Shown: positions 22,921 to 38,118, numbered from the stretch's first letter. The stretch: 64,000 nucleotides of DNA from Octopus sinensis (GCF_006345805.1 NW_021830460.1:1-64000), one strand, 5' to 3'. Notes: generated by a model from the letters alone, not told the origin. Numbers and translations: made by a program.

Positions 22921-22981
22921 AAGAAGAAGAGAAGAAGAAGAAGAAGAAGAAGAAGAAGAAGAAGAAGAAGAAGAAGAAGAA

Positions 22982-23013
<32 letters not shown>

Positions 23014-23040
23014 AGAAGGAGAAGAAGAAGAAGAAGAAGC
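22921..23040. repeat. (GAA)n microsatellite
   Basis: Direct reading. Confidence 0.97.
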
Positions 23041-23174
23041 TTTGACAAAGTCCAATAAACGATGGCAACAGCATCACCATCATCCGGGATACGCGTTACC
23101 AATTCTTCCACTACCAGTAAGTTGGTCAAGTTGGTCAAGTTGGTCAAGTTGGTCAAACACACTCAATACAGTAA

Positions 23175-23271
23175 AAATAAGAGCATCACAACAAATCACA
23201 GCACATACCCAAGGCACACACGGTAGTGTAGTGAAAGCACGTGATAAAAATAAAACTACTGAACAACAACA
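23175..23271 (+). mobile_element. R4/Dong family C 3' UTR fragment
   Basis: AGAGCATCACAACAAATCACAGCACATACCCAAGGCACAC..AAAAATAAAACTACTGAA, then (AAC)n/(AAT). Confidence 0.8.
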
Positions 23272-23287
23272 ACAACAATAACAACAA

Positions 23288-23535
23288 GAATATGAATTAC
23301 AGAGACTATGGAAAGTGCGACTAAAATGTATCCCAGTAGTTATAGGTGCATTGAGAACTATCCCTGAAGGTCTGAACTGATGGATAGAGGAAATAGGCAT
23401 AAAACTCAGTTTAGTACAGCTCCAGAAAACAGTGTTATTAGGGACAGCAAGAATTATCAGTAGGGATCTAAGCACTTGAAACACTGCTGAAAACGTGTGG
23501 ATACCTAAGGTTACAGGTAAAGAGCTTAGACCCAT
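23288..23535 (+). mobile_element. R4/Dong family E 3' fragment (RLE C-terminus)
   Basis: EYELQRLWK..CIPVVIGAL..LQKTVLLGTARII; nucleotide sequence distinct from families A-D. Confidence 0.7.
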
Positions 23536-23776
23536 GGACAGGACGTACACTTAACTACACACACATACACATTCACATATGTGTGTGTAAGTAGTTAAGT
23601 GGACGTCTCGTCCATGAGGCTAGGCGTTTTATGGATGCGAAATAATTGGTCACTCTATGACTGGACAAGGTAATTTTTAACGGGCTTTTATTTATAAGAA
23701 TTTTTTCCTTTCATCTTTATTTCATTCATTGTTAGCAACGTTCTCTCTCTGTCTCATACACACACACACACACACA

Positions 23777-23818
<42 letters not shown>

Positions 23819-24029
23819 CACACACACACACACACCACACACACACTCTGTCTCTGTAATATAAACATTCACACTGTCTCTGTAATATAAATACACACAC
23901 ACTCCAGGTTTGATTTCCTTATTGCACAAATATCACATTAGAATTTTGCAATTCAGCTTGGAACGTCCCAAAAAATATGCGACTGTACACTTTTCTCACT
24001 AAGCTACAGAATCACTCCAACCCAATGGA

Positions 24030-24140
24030 TTAGCAAAATTTGTGTTCAAATTCCGCCGAGGTCGACATTGCCTTTTATTCTTTCGAGATGAATAAAATAA
24101 GTACCAGTTAAACACTGGGTTCGATGTAATCGACTCCACC
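24030..24140 (+). mobile_element. SINE family 2 (partial)
   Basis: GTTCAAATTCCGCCGAGGTCGAC..AAGTACCAGTTAAACACTGGGTTCGATGTAATCGACT. Confidence 0.75.
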
Positions 24141-24239
24141 GATATTGCAAGCCTTGCCTTGTGCCAAAATTTGAAACCAACATTTCGTAGAACAGAGTGA
24201 CGCAAATGCCAAGAGTTACGTGCGTTAGATAGGTATAAG

Positions 24240-24305
<66 letters not shown>

Positions 24306-24346
24306 TATGCATATGTACATACATATACATACATACATAATACATA

Positions 24347-24382
<36 letters not shown>

Positions 24383-24448
24383 CATCAGCATCAACATCAT
24401 CATTATTATTATTCAGTTCTATATTTAAGAGATGAGAAATTATGTACA

Positions 24449-24526
<78 letters not shown>

Positions 24527-24562
24527 AATAATAATAATAATAATGATATAATAATAATAATA

Positions 24563-24619
<57 letters not shown>

Positions 24620-24672
24620 TAATAATAATAACAATAATAATAAAAATAATAATAATAATATAATAATAATAA

Positions 24673-24728
<56 letters not shown>

Positions 24729-24731
<3 letters not shown>

Positions 24732-26648
24732 GATCCTCGAAACACTAGCCATTAACAAAGTAGCACCAACAATCATAAAATTCATAGAGGACTCTATGAA
24801 TAAATGGCAAACAGTCCTGCACCTCCAAACAAAAGAGGGACTCATGAAAACTAAAGACATCCCCATTAGAAGAGGAATATTCCAGGGAGACACGCTCTCT
24901 CCACTCCTTTTCTGCTTGGCACTGTCACCTCTATCTGATATGCTAAATAGAACTGGATGCGGATATAAATGTTACGGCAAAACGATCAGCCACCTTTTAT
25001 ATATGGATGACCTAAAACTATACGCTGCAAATGACAAACAGCTGGAAACACTATTAAAGACAGTTCATGGATTTACCAAAGAAATAGATATGAAATTTGG
25101 ATTAGAAAAATGCGCCAAAGTAACCATGAAAGGAGGAAAACTAGTTAAGAGTAACAACATCACACTAGATAAAACCAATGAAATAAAAGAATTAGACCAA
25201 AGCCAAACTTACAAATACTTAGGAATCCATGAACTAGATAAAACACAACACACACAAATGAAAGAGAAAATAAAAAAAGAATATTATAGACGAGTTAGAT
25301 CAATACTAAACACAGAAGTCAATGCTGAAAACAAGATAATAGGTATCAACACTTTAGCTGTCCCAGTTATAAGTTACAGCTAAAATATCCTTAACTGGAC
25401 ACGAAATGAACTGACCAAAATAGATAGGAAACAAGAAAAATAATGACAGGATCTAGGATGCATCACCCAAAATCTGACATAGAAAGACTATATATACAAC
25501 GTATAGAAGGTGGTAGAGGCCTTATACAGCTGGAAAACTACTATAAATAACCACCATAGGACTGCAAAAATATCTACTTCAGAAGGAAGGAAAACTGATC
25601 CAGATAGCGGCAAAACACGAGAAAAACAAAAAACAGTTCTCAGTATTTAAGGAAGCTGACAAATACAAACAAGAATTCATACCACCTAATAAACATGAAG
25701 AAGAAGAAGAGATGAAAAACAACAAAAGCTATAAAACAAATGAAATCCAAACTAAAATAGAACAGCAACGAACCATGATAAAACGATGGCAAGAAAAGCC
25801 CCTTCATGGTAAATACTGGACTAAACTAAACGCAAAAGAAATAGACAAAGAAAAATCCCAGCAATGGTTGAGAAGCTCAGGACTCAAAGCAGAACAGAGG
25901 GATTTTTAATTGCAGCACAAGACCAAAGCCTCCCCACCAGAAATTACCAAAAACATGTAATGAAAAGAAATATTACAAGTAACTGCAGAATATGTAGAGA
26001 TGGACAAGAAACAATAATCATATTATCTCTAGCTGCCCAGTCCTGGCTAAGAAGGAATATATTCACAGACATGACAGAGTTGGAACCTACATACATTGGA
26101 AGCTATGCCAACATTATGGAATAACAACAGAAAAAAGATGGTATAGGCACACACCAGAAAAGGTCACAGAAAACGAGAAAGCAACCATACTCTGGGATAT
26201 GCCGATACACACAGACAGAGAAATTAAGGCCAACAGACCAGATATAGTTGTCAGAGACCATGAAGAAAAAAACGCTTTCTAATAGATGTATCAATACCGG
26301 CAGATGACAACGTGCCTCTAAAAGAAATGGAGAAACTCTCAAAATACAAAGACCTGCAAATAGAGATAACTAGAATGTGGAATCTGAAAACAGAAACAAT
26401 TCCTATCATAGTAGGTGCATTAGGCATGATAAAAAATATTCAGACAAATACATAACAAAAACACCAGGACTTACAAACACATATAGCATACAGAAAATTG
26501 CACTACTAGGCACTGCACACATCCTAAGCAGAACACTTTCCATACAATAACCATCAAAGCATCACAACAAATCACAGCACATACCCAAGGCACACAGAGC
26601 TGCGCTCGGTAGTGAAGTGAAAGCACGTTATAAAAATAAAACTACTGA
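24729..26648 (+). mobile_element. R4/Dong family C, 5'-truncated
   Basis: ORF 24796-25383: RRGIFQGDTLSPLLFCLAL, HLLYMDDLKLYA, FGLEKCAK. Downstream CRIC..ET..H..C knuckle and RPDI..D RLE motif; (AAT)n on both sides. Confidence 0.92.
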
Positions 26649-26690
26649 ATAATAATAATAATAATAATAATAAAAATAATAATAATAATA

Positions 26691-26759
26691 GATGGGTATA
26701 TTGGGCTTCGAATATTTTACCCCAGTGTCACTTTGATGGCATGCACTGCTCTCTCACTC
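26691..26759 (+). mobile_element. 3' 69 bp of the ~560-bp non-coding (AAT)n-embedded element
   Basis: GATGGGTATATTGGGCTTCG..GCACTGCTCTCTCACTC matches the 3' end of 37471-38028. Confidence 0.8.
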
Positions 26760-26765
26760 AATAAT

Positions 26766-26803
<38 letters not shown>

Positions 26804-27985
26804 TCTAAATTCTTTTGGAAGGTACGCGCTTCAATGGTCAGGCGGTCAGTCTACTGCCAGGAATCCTCTGAGTGGCGGATTAGGTATGCCGTCACTCTTA
26901 ATGCGCAAACACGTACTGGACGGTGATCGTGTGTGGGCTCCGTTTGTGAGGCTTGTCTTTCCGTGTCTCGTCTCCTTGACAGAGCTGCAGTCCTGGGTGA
27001 AGAAAAGATCGCGACTGGGCGCCTAGCACCTAGAATGTCGTCAGGTGCCCACAGCCCTCTACCAGTCGGGTAATGGGATCGGTAGATGTCCCGCTTTAGT
27101 AATTTATAGATGATTAGTGGAGGAGAATTTCAACGACGTTCTTGGTGAGACTTTGGGCGTCGACGGAAACAAACTGGCTACTCTGTTCCAAAGGACTTTC
27201 CGGTCAGGAACTAAGATGGATAATTTCCAGATGTCCTTGGCCTGGCAGTGCTACGGTTCGAGATAAACTCTACAGCCATCGATGTACTGTCAGACGGACT
27301 TGTCCTAGGTGCGCGCAGAGTGACGAAAGCGTTCTGCACGCACTCGTTCAGAGTCCGGGCATTGCTCACTTGTGGGGTTATGTCGAACAGCTGCTGTCAC
27401 GTGTGCGACGGATCCGTTTGTCGGCCGAGTCTGTAGTGATGATCGCCCGCCGCTCTCCTTCAGTCGAGCAGGCAGGCAGTTTTCCCTTGCCTGGTGACTG
27501 TGGTGAAAGAGGTTGCTGAAAGACAGATACATTCTCTTTGTTAGATCTCTCATTGACTTCTTCAAGTTAACTTGAAAAGGAAACTTAGAGTTGAGAGGGA
27601 AGTGCTGTCCTCGAGAGAGTTTATTGAAAGGTGGGTGAAAGTTGCGAAAATGGCGAGAGTGGATGGTATCTCGCTAAGTGTAGACCTGTGAGTCGGACAC
27701 AAGGAATTGGAGAGGGCACTTGCTCCTAGGGTTTCAGAAGAATCTTGGAGAGTAGGGTTCTTCGATTATCTCTAGAGGCCTTCTGTATCTGGAGGGTCAC
27801 ATCTCTATCATCCTCCCCGCCATCTTTTTTCTCTCAACTATTGTATGCTATGCATGTCCCTTATTTTTCAGTGTCTACCGTTTATACTTACTTTCTTTTC
27901 TTCTTTTATCATTCCATTATATGTAAAACCCCCACACTTTATGTCTGTCTCCTTCATCCGTAACCCTTGTGGCAAATAAATGAAA
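26804..27985 (+). mobile_element. L1/Tx1-clade 3' fragment with (CAT)n tail
   Basis: zf-RVT-like VRDKLY..CPRCAQSDESVLHALVQ; AATAAA just before the (ATC)n tail. Confidence 0.8.
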
Positions 27986-28045
27986 TCATCATCATCATCA
28001 TCATCATCATCTCATCATCATCATCATCATTATTATTATTATTAT

Positions 28046-28078
<33 letters not shown>

Positions 28079-28724
28079 TTATTATTTTATTATTATTATT
28101 ATTATACCTCTATATACAATATTAACGCCCACACTTTTCATTGTATACTGTGGATACTTATATTTTATATATTATATATACTTATATATTATATATATTA
28201 TATATTATATATAAACCCCACACTTTATGTCTGTCTTTAGACTGTCCCCCTCATCATTCACCCATGTGGCATATAACTGAAGTCCTCCTCATCATCATCA
28301 TCATCTTTCAATTTTGTTTCCATTTCTTACCGAGTGTCTTCCAAACACATGGGCCAAAGAATGCGCAGTTTCGGGGAAGTGAAAGGGAAATTCGAGAAAT
28401 CAAAGCCTATTAGATTAAAAAAAAGAAAGTGCTTGAAAATGGCGCCCTCTACACTTTTGACAATAGCCACAGCTGCTGATTCTACACTTTTATCTGATCT
28501 CCAAACATTTGTTACACACAGATCCGTATTTAGTTCAAAAACATTCGGGATGTATATTACATTTAATGATCGGATGAGTTCTTAGAAAACTTACTATAAA
28601 ATGTTATAAAACAGGTTTTTTATTGTTTTGTAAATCGGAAATGTTTGTTTAGGTTGGACAATAAGTAAACAACATTTACGTCAACTAGTAGACATCGGTC
28701 ACATTCAGACGAATAATAATAATG

Positions 28725-28794
<70 letters not shown>

Positions 28795-28972
28795 CAACAA
28801 CAACAACAACAATAATAAAATAATATTTTAAAAGAATAGACGTAACTCTTGGCAAAGGTAAACAGTCAACACACTCTTCGTCTTGACTAATGATGATGAT
28901 GATGATGATAACAATAATACTAATAATAATAATAATAACAACAACAACAAGAACAAGAGCAACAACAACAAC

Positions 28973-29073
<101 letters not shown>

Positions 29074-29084
29074 TAATAATAATA

Positions 29085-29506
29085 AAGGCAAACAGACCAG
29101 ATATAGTTGTCAGAGATCATGAAGAAAAAAAATGCTTTCTAATTGATGTATCAATACCGGCAGATGACAACGTGTCTCTAAAAGAAATGGAGAAACTCTC
29201 AAAATACAAAGACCTGGAAATAGAGGTAACTAGAATGTGGAATCTGAAAACAGAAACAATTCCTATCATAGTAGGTGCATTAGGCATGATAAAATAATAT
29301 TCAGACAAATACCAAAAACACACCAGGACTTACAAACACATATAACATACAGAAAATTGCACTACTAGACACTGCACACAACCTACGCAGAACACTTTCC
29401 AAACAATAACCATCAGAGCATCACAACAAATCACAGCACATACCCAAGCACACAGAGCTGCGCTCGGTAGTGAATTGAAAGCACGCTATAAAAATAAAAC
29501 TACTGA
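29085..29506 (+). mobile_element. R4/Dong family C 3' fragment
   Basis: KANRPDIVVRDHEEKKCFLIDVSIPADDNVSLKEMEKLSKYKDL. Confidence 0.9.
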
Positions 29507-29643
29507 ATAATAATAATAATAATAATAATATAATAATAATAATAATAAATAATATAATAATAAAATAATAATATAATAATAATAATTATAATAATAATTA
29601 TAATAATAATAATAATAATAATATAATAATAATATAATAATAA

Positions 29644-30560
29644 GGCAAATATGTGACCCGCAGCAAACAAGCTGATGTTGACCAGAAGTAAACCCATCAG
29701 TGGCTGCGGAGCTCAGGGCTAAAAGCAGAGAGCGAAGGTTTCATCCTGGCTGCTCAAGACCAAAGCCTATGAACCCGGACTACCAGGCCAATGTGATGAA
29801 AAATGGAGCAGACCCAAAATGCCGATTCTGCAACGACATGATTGAAACAGTGGACCACCTAATCTCTGGATGTAAAGTATTAGCACCAGTGGTGTATAAA
29901 TTAAGACATGACAGAGTTGGCCAATATCTCCACTGGCTAATAAGTCGGCATTACAATATCAAAACTGCCGACAAGTGGTATAATCACCACCCTGAGGCTG
30001 TAACTGAAGGAGAAAATGTAACCATTCTGTGGGACTTTCCAGTACATACAGACCGAACCATCAAGGCCAATAAACCAATATTGTTGTGAAAGACCAAAAC
30101 AATAAAGTTTGCTTATTGATCGACATGAGCATCCCCTGTGATCATAATATCTCAGCGAAAGAGTTTGACAAGCTCAGAAAATATAAAGACCTGCTCATTG
30201 AAATTGAGAAAATGTGGCATCTCAAGGCGGTTACAATACCAGTGATCGTAGGAGCACTAGGAATGAACAAGAAGGGAACCGAAAATTATATGAGAATGAT
30301 CCCTGGCTTACCATCCCTGCAAGAAGTGCAAAAGATTGTCTTAACTGTACATCACACGTATTGAGAAGCATTGTCGATGTGAGAACTGTTGCTGCTCATG
30401 CATTTTAATTTAACTTTAAAAAAAAAAAAAAAAAAAAAATGAACGAACTACTGAGTTTGGTTTAATGGCCTACCAATATATACTATGAGTTTCTTTGCCC
30501 TAGGAGTCGGAAAGACACTCGGCAAGAAATGGAAGAAAATTTGAAAGAAGAAAAAAAAAG
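29644..30560 (+). mobile_element. R4/Dong family B 3' fragment
   Basis: CRFCNDMIETVDHLISGC..RHDRVG, LIDMSIPCD..KLRKYKDL; near-identical to 50343-51233. Confidence 0.9.
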
Positions 30561-30593
30561 TATATAATATAATAATAATAATGATAATAATAC

Positions 30594-30933
30594 GACTAAA
30601 AATACCTGTTGTCATATCATGGGAATGATAGCAAAGGGGGCTGACCGCTACCTAACTCAGAAACCAGGAAACTCCAAAATGGCAGAAATTCAAAAGATAG
30701 TGCTCATGGGAACTGTTCATATCCTACGCAACATACTTTCTATGTAATCTCAAGTTTTAAAACATACATAATTTTTTTTTCTTAAGGCATTCACTAGTAC
30801 AACACTAAATACAATACCAAATATATGGCACACTAGGCATAACAACAATACGAACTTCCAACCTGTTGTCTCTTGAGATCTCTGGGTGAGACTTGGAGCC
30901 AACTTGTACAAATATAAAGCAAAAGTCAAACAT
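30594..30933 (+). mobile_element. R4/Dong family A 3' fragment
   Basis: Matches 43230-43580 (EIQKIVLMGT..HILR plus 3' UTR); (AAT)n tail. Confidence 0.85.
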
Positions 30934-31190
30934 ATAATAATGATAATAATAATAATTAATAATAATAATAATAATAATATAATAATAATAATAATAATAA
31001 TGATGATGATGATGATGATAATAATAATAATAATAATAATATAATAATATAATAATAATATATTAATATAATAATAATAAACCAAATAATAATAATAATA
31101 ATAAAAATAATATAATAACAATAATAATAAAAATAATAATAATAATAATATAATAATAATAATAAAAATAATAATAAATAATAATAATAA

Positions 31191-31243
<53 letters not shown>

Positions 31244-31246
<3 letters not shown>

Positions 31247-33272
31247 GATCCTTGAAACACTAGCCATTAACAAAGTAGCACCAACAATCATAAAATTCAT
31301 AGAGGACTCTATTATAAATGGCAAAATGTCCTGCACCTCCAAACAAAAGAGGGACTCATGAAAACTAAAGACATCCCCATTAGAAGAGGAATATTCCAGG
31401 GAGACACGCTCTCTCCACTCCTTTTCTGCTTGGCACTGTCACCTCTATCTGATATGCTAAATAGAACTGGATGCGGATATAAATGTTACGGCAAAACGAT
31501 CAGCCACCTTTTATATATGGCTGACCTAAAACTATACCGCTGCAAATGACAAACAGCTGGAAACACTATTAAAGACAGTTCATGGATTTACCAAAGAAAT
31601 AGATATGAAATTTGGATTAGAAAAATGCGCCAAAGTAACCATGAAAAGAGGAAAACTAGTTAAGAGTAACAACATCACACTAGATAAAACCAATGAAATA
31701 AAAGAATTAGACCAAAGCCAAACTTACAAATACTTAGGAATCCATGAACTAAATAAAACACAACACACACAAATGAAAGAGAAAGTAAAAAAAGAATATT
31801 ATAGACGAGTTAGATCAATACTAAACACACAGCTCAATGCTGAAAACAAGATAATAGGTATCAACACTTTAGCTGTCCCAGTTATAAGTTACAGCTAAAA
31901 TATCCTTAACTGGACACGAAATGAACTGACCAAAATAGATAGGAAAACAAGAAAAATAATGACAGGATCTAGGATGCATCACCCAAAATCTGACATAGAA
32001 AGACTATATATACAACGTATAGAAGGTGGTAGAGGCCTTATACAGCTGGAAAACTACTATAAAATAACCACCATAGGACTGCAAAAATATCTACTTCAGA
32101 AGAAGGAAAACTGATCCAGATAGCGGCAAAACACGAGCAAAAACAAAAACTGTTCTCAGTATTTAAGGAAGCTGACAAATACAAACAAAAATCAACATAC
32201 CACCTAATAAATATGAAAGAAGAATAAGAAGAAGAAGAAGAGAAGAAGAAGAAGAAGAAGAAGAAGAAGAAGAAGAAGAAGAAGAAGAGAGAAGAAGAAG
32301 AAGAAGAAAGAAGAAGAAGAAGAATAAAAGAAGAAGAAGAAGAAGAAGAACAACAAAAGCTATAAAACAAATGAAATCCAAACTAAAAATAGAACAGCAA
32401 CGAACCATGATAAAACGATGGCAAGAAAAGCCCCTTCATGGTAATACTGGACTAAACTAAACGCAAAAGAAAGACAAAGAAAATCCCAGCAATGGTTGAG
32501 AAGCTCAGGACTCAAAGCAGAAACAGAGGGATTTTTAATTGCAGCACAAGACCAGAGCCTCCCCACCAGAATTACCAAAAACATGTAATGAAAAGAATAT
32601 TACAAGTAACTGCAGAATATGTAGAGATGGACAAGAAACAATAAATCATATTATCTCTAGCTGCCCAGTCCTGGCTAAGAAGAATATATTCACAGACATG
32701 ACAGAGTTGGAACCTACATACATTGGAAGCTATGCCAACATTATGGAATAACAACAGAAAAAAATTGGTATAGGCACACCACCAGAAAAGGTCACAGAAA
32801 ACGAGAAAGCAACCATACTCTGGGATATGCCGATAACACAGACAGAGAAATTAAGGCCAACAGACCAGATATAGTTGTCAGAGACCATGAAGAAAAAAAC
32901 GCTTTCTAATTGATGTATCAATACCGGCAGATGACAACGTGTCTCTAAAAGAAATGGAGAAACTCTCAAAATACAAAGACCCGCAAATAGAGATAACTAG
33001 AATGTGGAATCTGAAAACAGAAACAATTCCTATCATAGTAGGTGCATTAGGCATGATAAAAAATATTCAGACAAATACATAACAAAAACACCAGGACTTA
33101 CAAACACATATAGCATACAGAAAATTGCACTACTAGGCACTGCACACATCCTAAGCAGAACACTTTCCATACAATAACCATCAAAGCATCACAACAAATC
33201 ACAGCACATACCCAAGCACACAGCTGCGCTCGGTAGTGAAGTGAAAGCACGTTATAAAAATAAAACTACTGA
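31244..33272 (+). mobile_element. R4/Dong family C, duplicate of 24729-26648 with expanded (GAA)n
   Basis: Same 5' breakpoint (ATGGATCC) and same premature stop (ACAGCTAAAATATCC) as the 24729 copy. Confidence 0.92.
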
Positions 33273-33311
33273 ATAATAATAATATAATAATAATAAAATA
33301 ATAATAATATA

Positions 33312-33380
33312 GATGGGTATATTGGGCTTCGAATATTTTACCCCAGTGTCACTTTGATGGCATGCACTGCTCTCTCACTC
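33312..33380 (+). mobile_element. 3' 69 bp of the ~560-bp element (duplicate of 26691)
   Basis: Sequence identity with 26691-26759. Confidence 0.8.
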
Positions 33381-34732
<1,352 letters not shown>

Positions 34733-35348
34733 TTATTATTATACCTCTATATACAATATTAACGGCCCACACTTTTCATTGTATACTGTGGATACTTATA
34801 TTTTATATATTATATATACTTATATATTATATATATTATATATTATATATAAACCCCACACTTTATGTCTGTCTTTAGACTGTCCCCCTCATCATTCACC
34901 CATGTGGCATATAACTGAAGTCCTCCTCATCATCATCATCATCTTTCAATTTTGTTTCCATTTCTTACCGAGTGTCTTCCAAACACCTGGGCCAAAGAAT
35001 GCGCAGTTTCGAGGAAGTGAAAGGGAAATTCGAGAGATCAAAGCCTATTAGATTTAAAAAAAGAAAGTGCTTGAAAATGGCGCCCTCTACACTTTTGACA
35101 ATAGCCACAGCTGCTGATTCTACACTTTTATCTGATCTCCAAACATTTGTTACACACAGATCCGTATTTAGTTCAAAAACATTCGGGATGTATATTACAT
35201 TTAATGATCGGATGAGTTCTTAGAAAACTTACTATAAAATGTTATAAAACAGGTTTTTTATTGTTCTGTAAATCGGAAATGTTTGTTTAGGTTGGACAAT
35301 AAGTAAACAACATTTACGTCAACTAGTAGACATCGGTCACATTCAGAC

Positions 35349-35413
<65 letters not shown>

Positions 35414-35415
<2 letters not shown>

Positions 35416-35834
35416 GGCCAACAGACCAGATATAGTTGTCAGAGATCATGAAGAAAAAAAATGCTTTCTAATTGATGTATCAATACCGGCAGATGACAAC
35501 GTGTCTCTAAAAGAAATGGAGAAACTCTCAAAATACAAAGACCTGGAAATAGAGGTAACTAGAATGTGGAATCTGAAAACAGAAACAATTCCTATCATAG
35601 TAGGTGCATTAGGCATGATAAAAAAATATTCAGACAAATACATAACAAAAACACCAGGACTTACAAACACATATAACATACAGAAAATTGCACTACTAGG
35701 CACTGCACACATCCTACGCAGAACACTTTCCAAACAATAACCATCAGAGCATCACAACAAATCACAGCACATACCCAAGGCACACAGAGCTGCGCTCGGT
35801 AGTGAATTGAAAGCACGCTATAAAAATAAAACTA

Positions 35835-35838
<4 letters not shown>
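35414..35838 (+). mobile_element. R4/Dong family C 3' fragment (duplicate of 29085)
   Basis: KEMEKLSKYKDLEIE..IQKIALLGTAHILRRTL. Confidence 0.9.
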
Positions 35839-35876
<38 letters not shown>

Positions 35877-35887
35877 TAATAATAATA

Positions 35888-35972
<85 letters not shown>

Positions 35973-36893
35973 CGGCAAATATGTGACCCGCAGCAAACAA
36001 GCTGATGTTGACCAGAAGCAACCCATCAGTGGCTGCGGAGCTCAGGGCTAAAAGCAGAGTGCGAAGGTTTCATCCTGGCTGCTCAAGACCAAAGCCTATG
36101 AACCCGGAACTACCAGGCCAATGTGATGAAAAATGGAGCAGACCCAAAATGCCGATTCTGCAACGACATGATTGAAACAGTGGACCACCTAATCTCTGGA
36201 TGTAAAGTATTAGCACCAGTGGTGTATAAATTAAGACATGACAGAGTTGGCCAATATCTCCACTGGCTAATAAGTCGGCATTACAATATCAAAACTGCCG
36301 ACAAGTGGTATAATCACCACCCTGAGGCTGTAACTGAAGGAGAAAATGTAACCATTCTGTGGGACTTTCCAGTACATACAGACCGAACCATCAAGGCCAA
36401 TAACCAGATATTGTTGTGAAAGACCAAAACAATAAAGTTTGCTTATTGATCGACATGAGCATCCCCTGTGATCATAATATCTCAGCGAAAGAGTTTGACA
36501 AGCTCAGAAAATATAAAGACCTACTCATTGAAATTGAGAAAATGTGGCATCTCAAGGCGGTTACAATACCAGTGATCGTAGGAGCACTAGGAATGAACAA
36601 GAAGGGAACCGAAAATTATATGAGAATGATCCCTGGCTTACCATCCCTGCAAGAAGTGCAAAAGATTGTCTTAACTGGTACATCACACGTATTGAGAAGA
36701 GCATTGTCGATGTGAGAACTGTTGCTGCTCATGCATTTTAATTTAACTTTAATAAAAAAAAAAAAAAAAAAATGGACGAACTACTGAGTTTGGTTTAATG
36801 GCCTAGCAATATATACTATGAGTTTCTTTGCCCTAGGAGTCGGGAAGACACTCGGCAAGAAATGGAAGAAAATTTGAAAGAAGAAAAAAAAAG
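35973..36893 (+). mobile_element. R4/Dong family B 3' fragment (duplicate of 29644)
   Basis: CCHC knuckle and RLE motifs in ORFs 36123-36419 and 36416-36715. Confidence 0.9.
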
Positions 36894-36928
36894 TAATAAT
36901 AATAATAATAATAATAATGATAATAATA

Positions 36929-37271
36929 AGACTAAAACAATACCTGTTGTCATATCATGGGAATGATAGCAAAAGGGGGCTGACCGCTACCTAACTCAGA
37001 AACCAGGAAACTCCAAAATGGCAGAAATTCAAAAGATAGTGCTCATGGGAACTGTTCATATCCTACGCAACATACTTTCTATGTAATCTCAAGTTTTAAA
37101 ACATACATAATTTTTTTTCTTAAGGCATTCACTAGTACAACACTAAATACAATACCAAATATATGGCACACTAGGCATAACAACAATACGAACTTCCAAC
37201 CTGTTGTCTCTTGAGATCTCTGGGTGAGACTTGGAGCCAACTTGTACAAATATAAAGCAAAAGTCAAACAT
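36929..37271 (+). mobile_element. R4/Dong family A 3' fragment (duplicate of 30594)
   Basis: Sequence identity with 30594-30933. Confidence 0.85.
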
Positions 37272-37278
37272 AATAATG

Positions 37279-37351
<73 letters not shown>

Positions 37352-37365
37352 TGATGATGATGATG

Positions 37366-37456
<91 letters not shown>

Positions 37457-37470
37457 TAATAATAATGATA

Positions 37471-38028
37471 AAATGCCCTGATGCAGTACCAGACAGTGGC
37501 TCTCATGACTTCTGATCTTAACTGATTGCAAGTGTTATTATGTACATTGTTTTGTCTTGGCATAAAAGATGGGCCACAGCAAATATTCTGCTCAATACCA
37601 CAGATTTGCTTGTCAGTTGTTTGACCATAACCGCTTGAGCATGTCCCTCAGTGGATGATGATATGTGCATCTCTGATCATAAGCAGAAGTAGTGGGGGAG
37701 CATCATAGCCGTGTGTTGAAAGAAATTCTTAGAGGTCTGGATAATTCCCCTTTGGAAACCTGAGTGCTTCGTTCAGCATCCTTAAACAACCCTTATTCAG
37801 AGACCTTTTGAGCGGGATGGGTTACTCGACCTGAAGAAAATCCCAACTGGACCCCACCTGCAAGGTCATGTGCTGTTTATCTTGATATGAGATCACCATG
37901 TCATGCACATACGCTTGTGATGTATGTGCCTGGTGTACCCTTATCAGACGGGTAGTGATGATGGGTATACTGGGCTTCGTATATTTTACCCCAATGTCAC
38001 TTTGATGGCATGCACTGCTCTCTCAGTC
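37471..38028 (+). mobile_element. ~560-bp non-coding element embedded in (AAT)n
   Basis: Starts AAATGCCCTGATGCAGTACC, ends GCACTGCTCTCTCAGTC; (AAT)n on both sides; no recognisable ORF or TIR. Confidence 0.7.
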
Positions 38029-38104
<76 letters not shown>

Positions 38105-38118
38105 TAATAATAATGATA

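Noticed and set aside
23127-23157. (AAGTTGGTC)x3-4 as a telomere-like or regulatory array
   Set aside because: It is a short local 9-bp slippage repeat, not TTAGGG, and is not seen elsewhere in the window.
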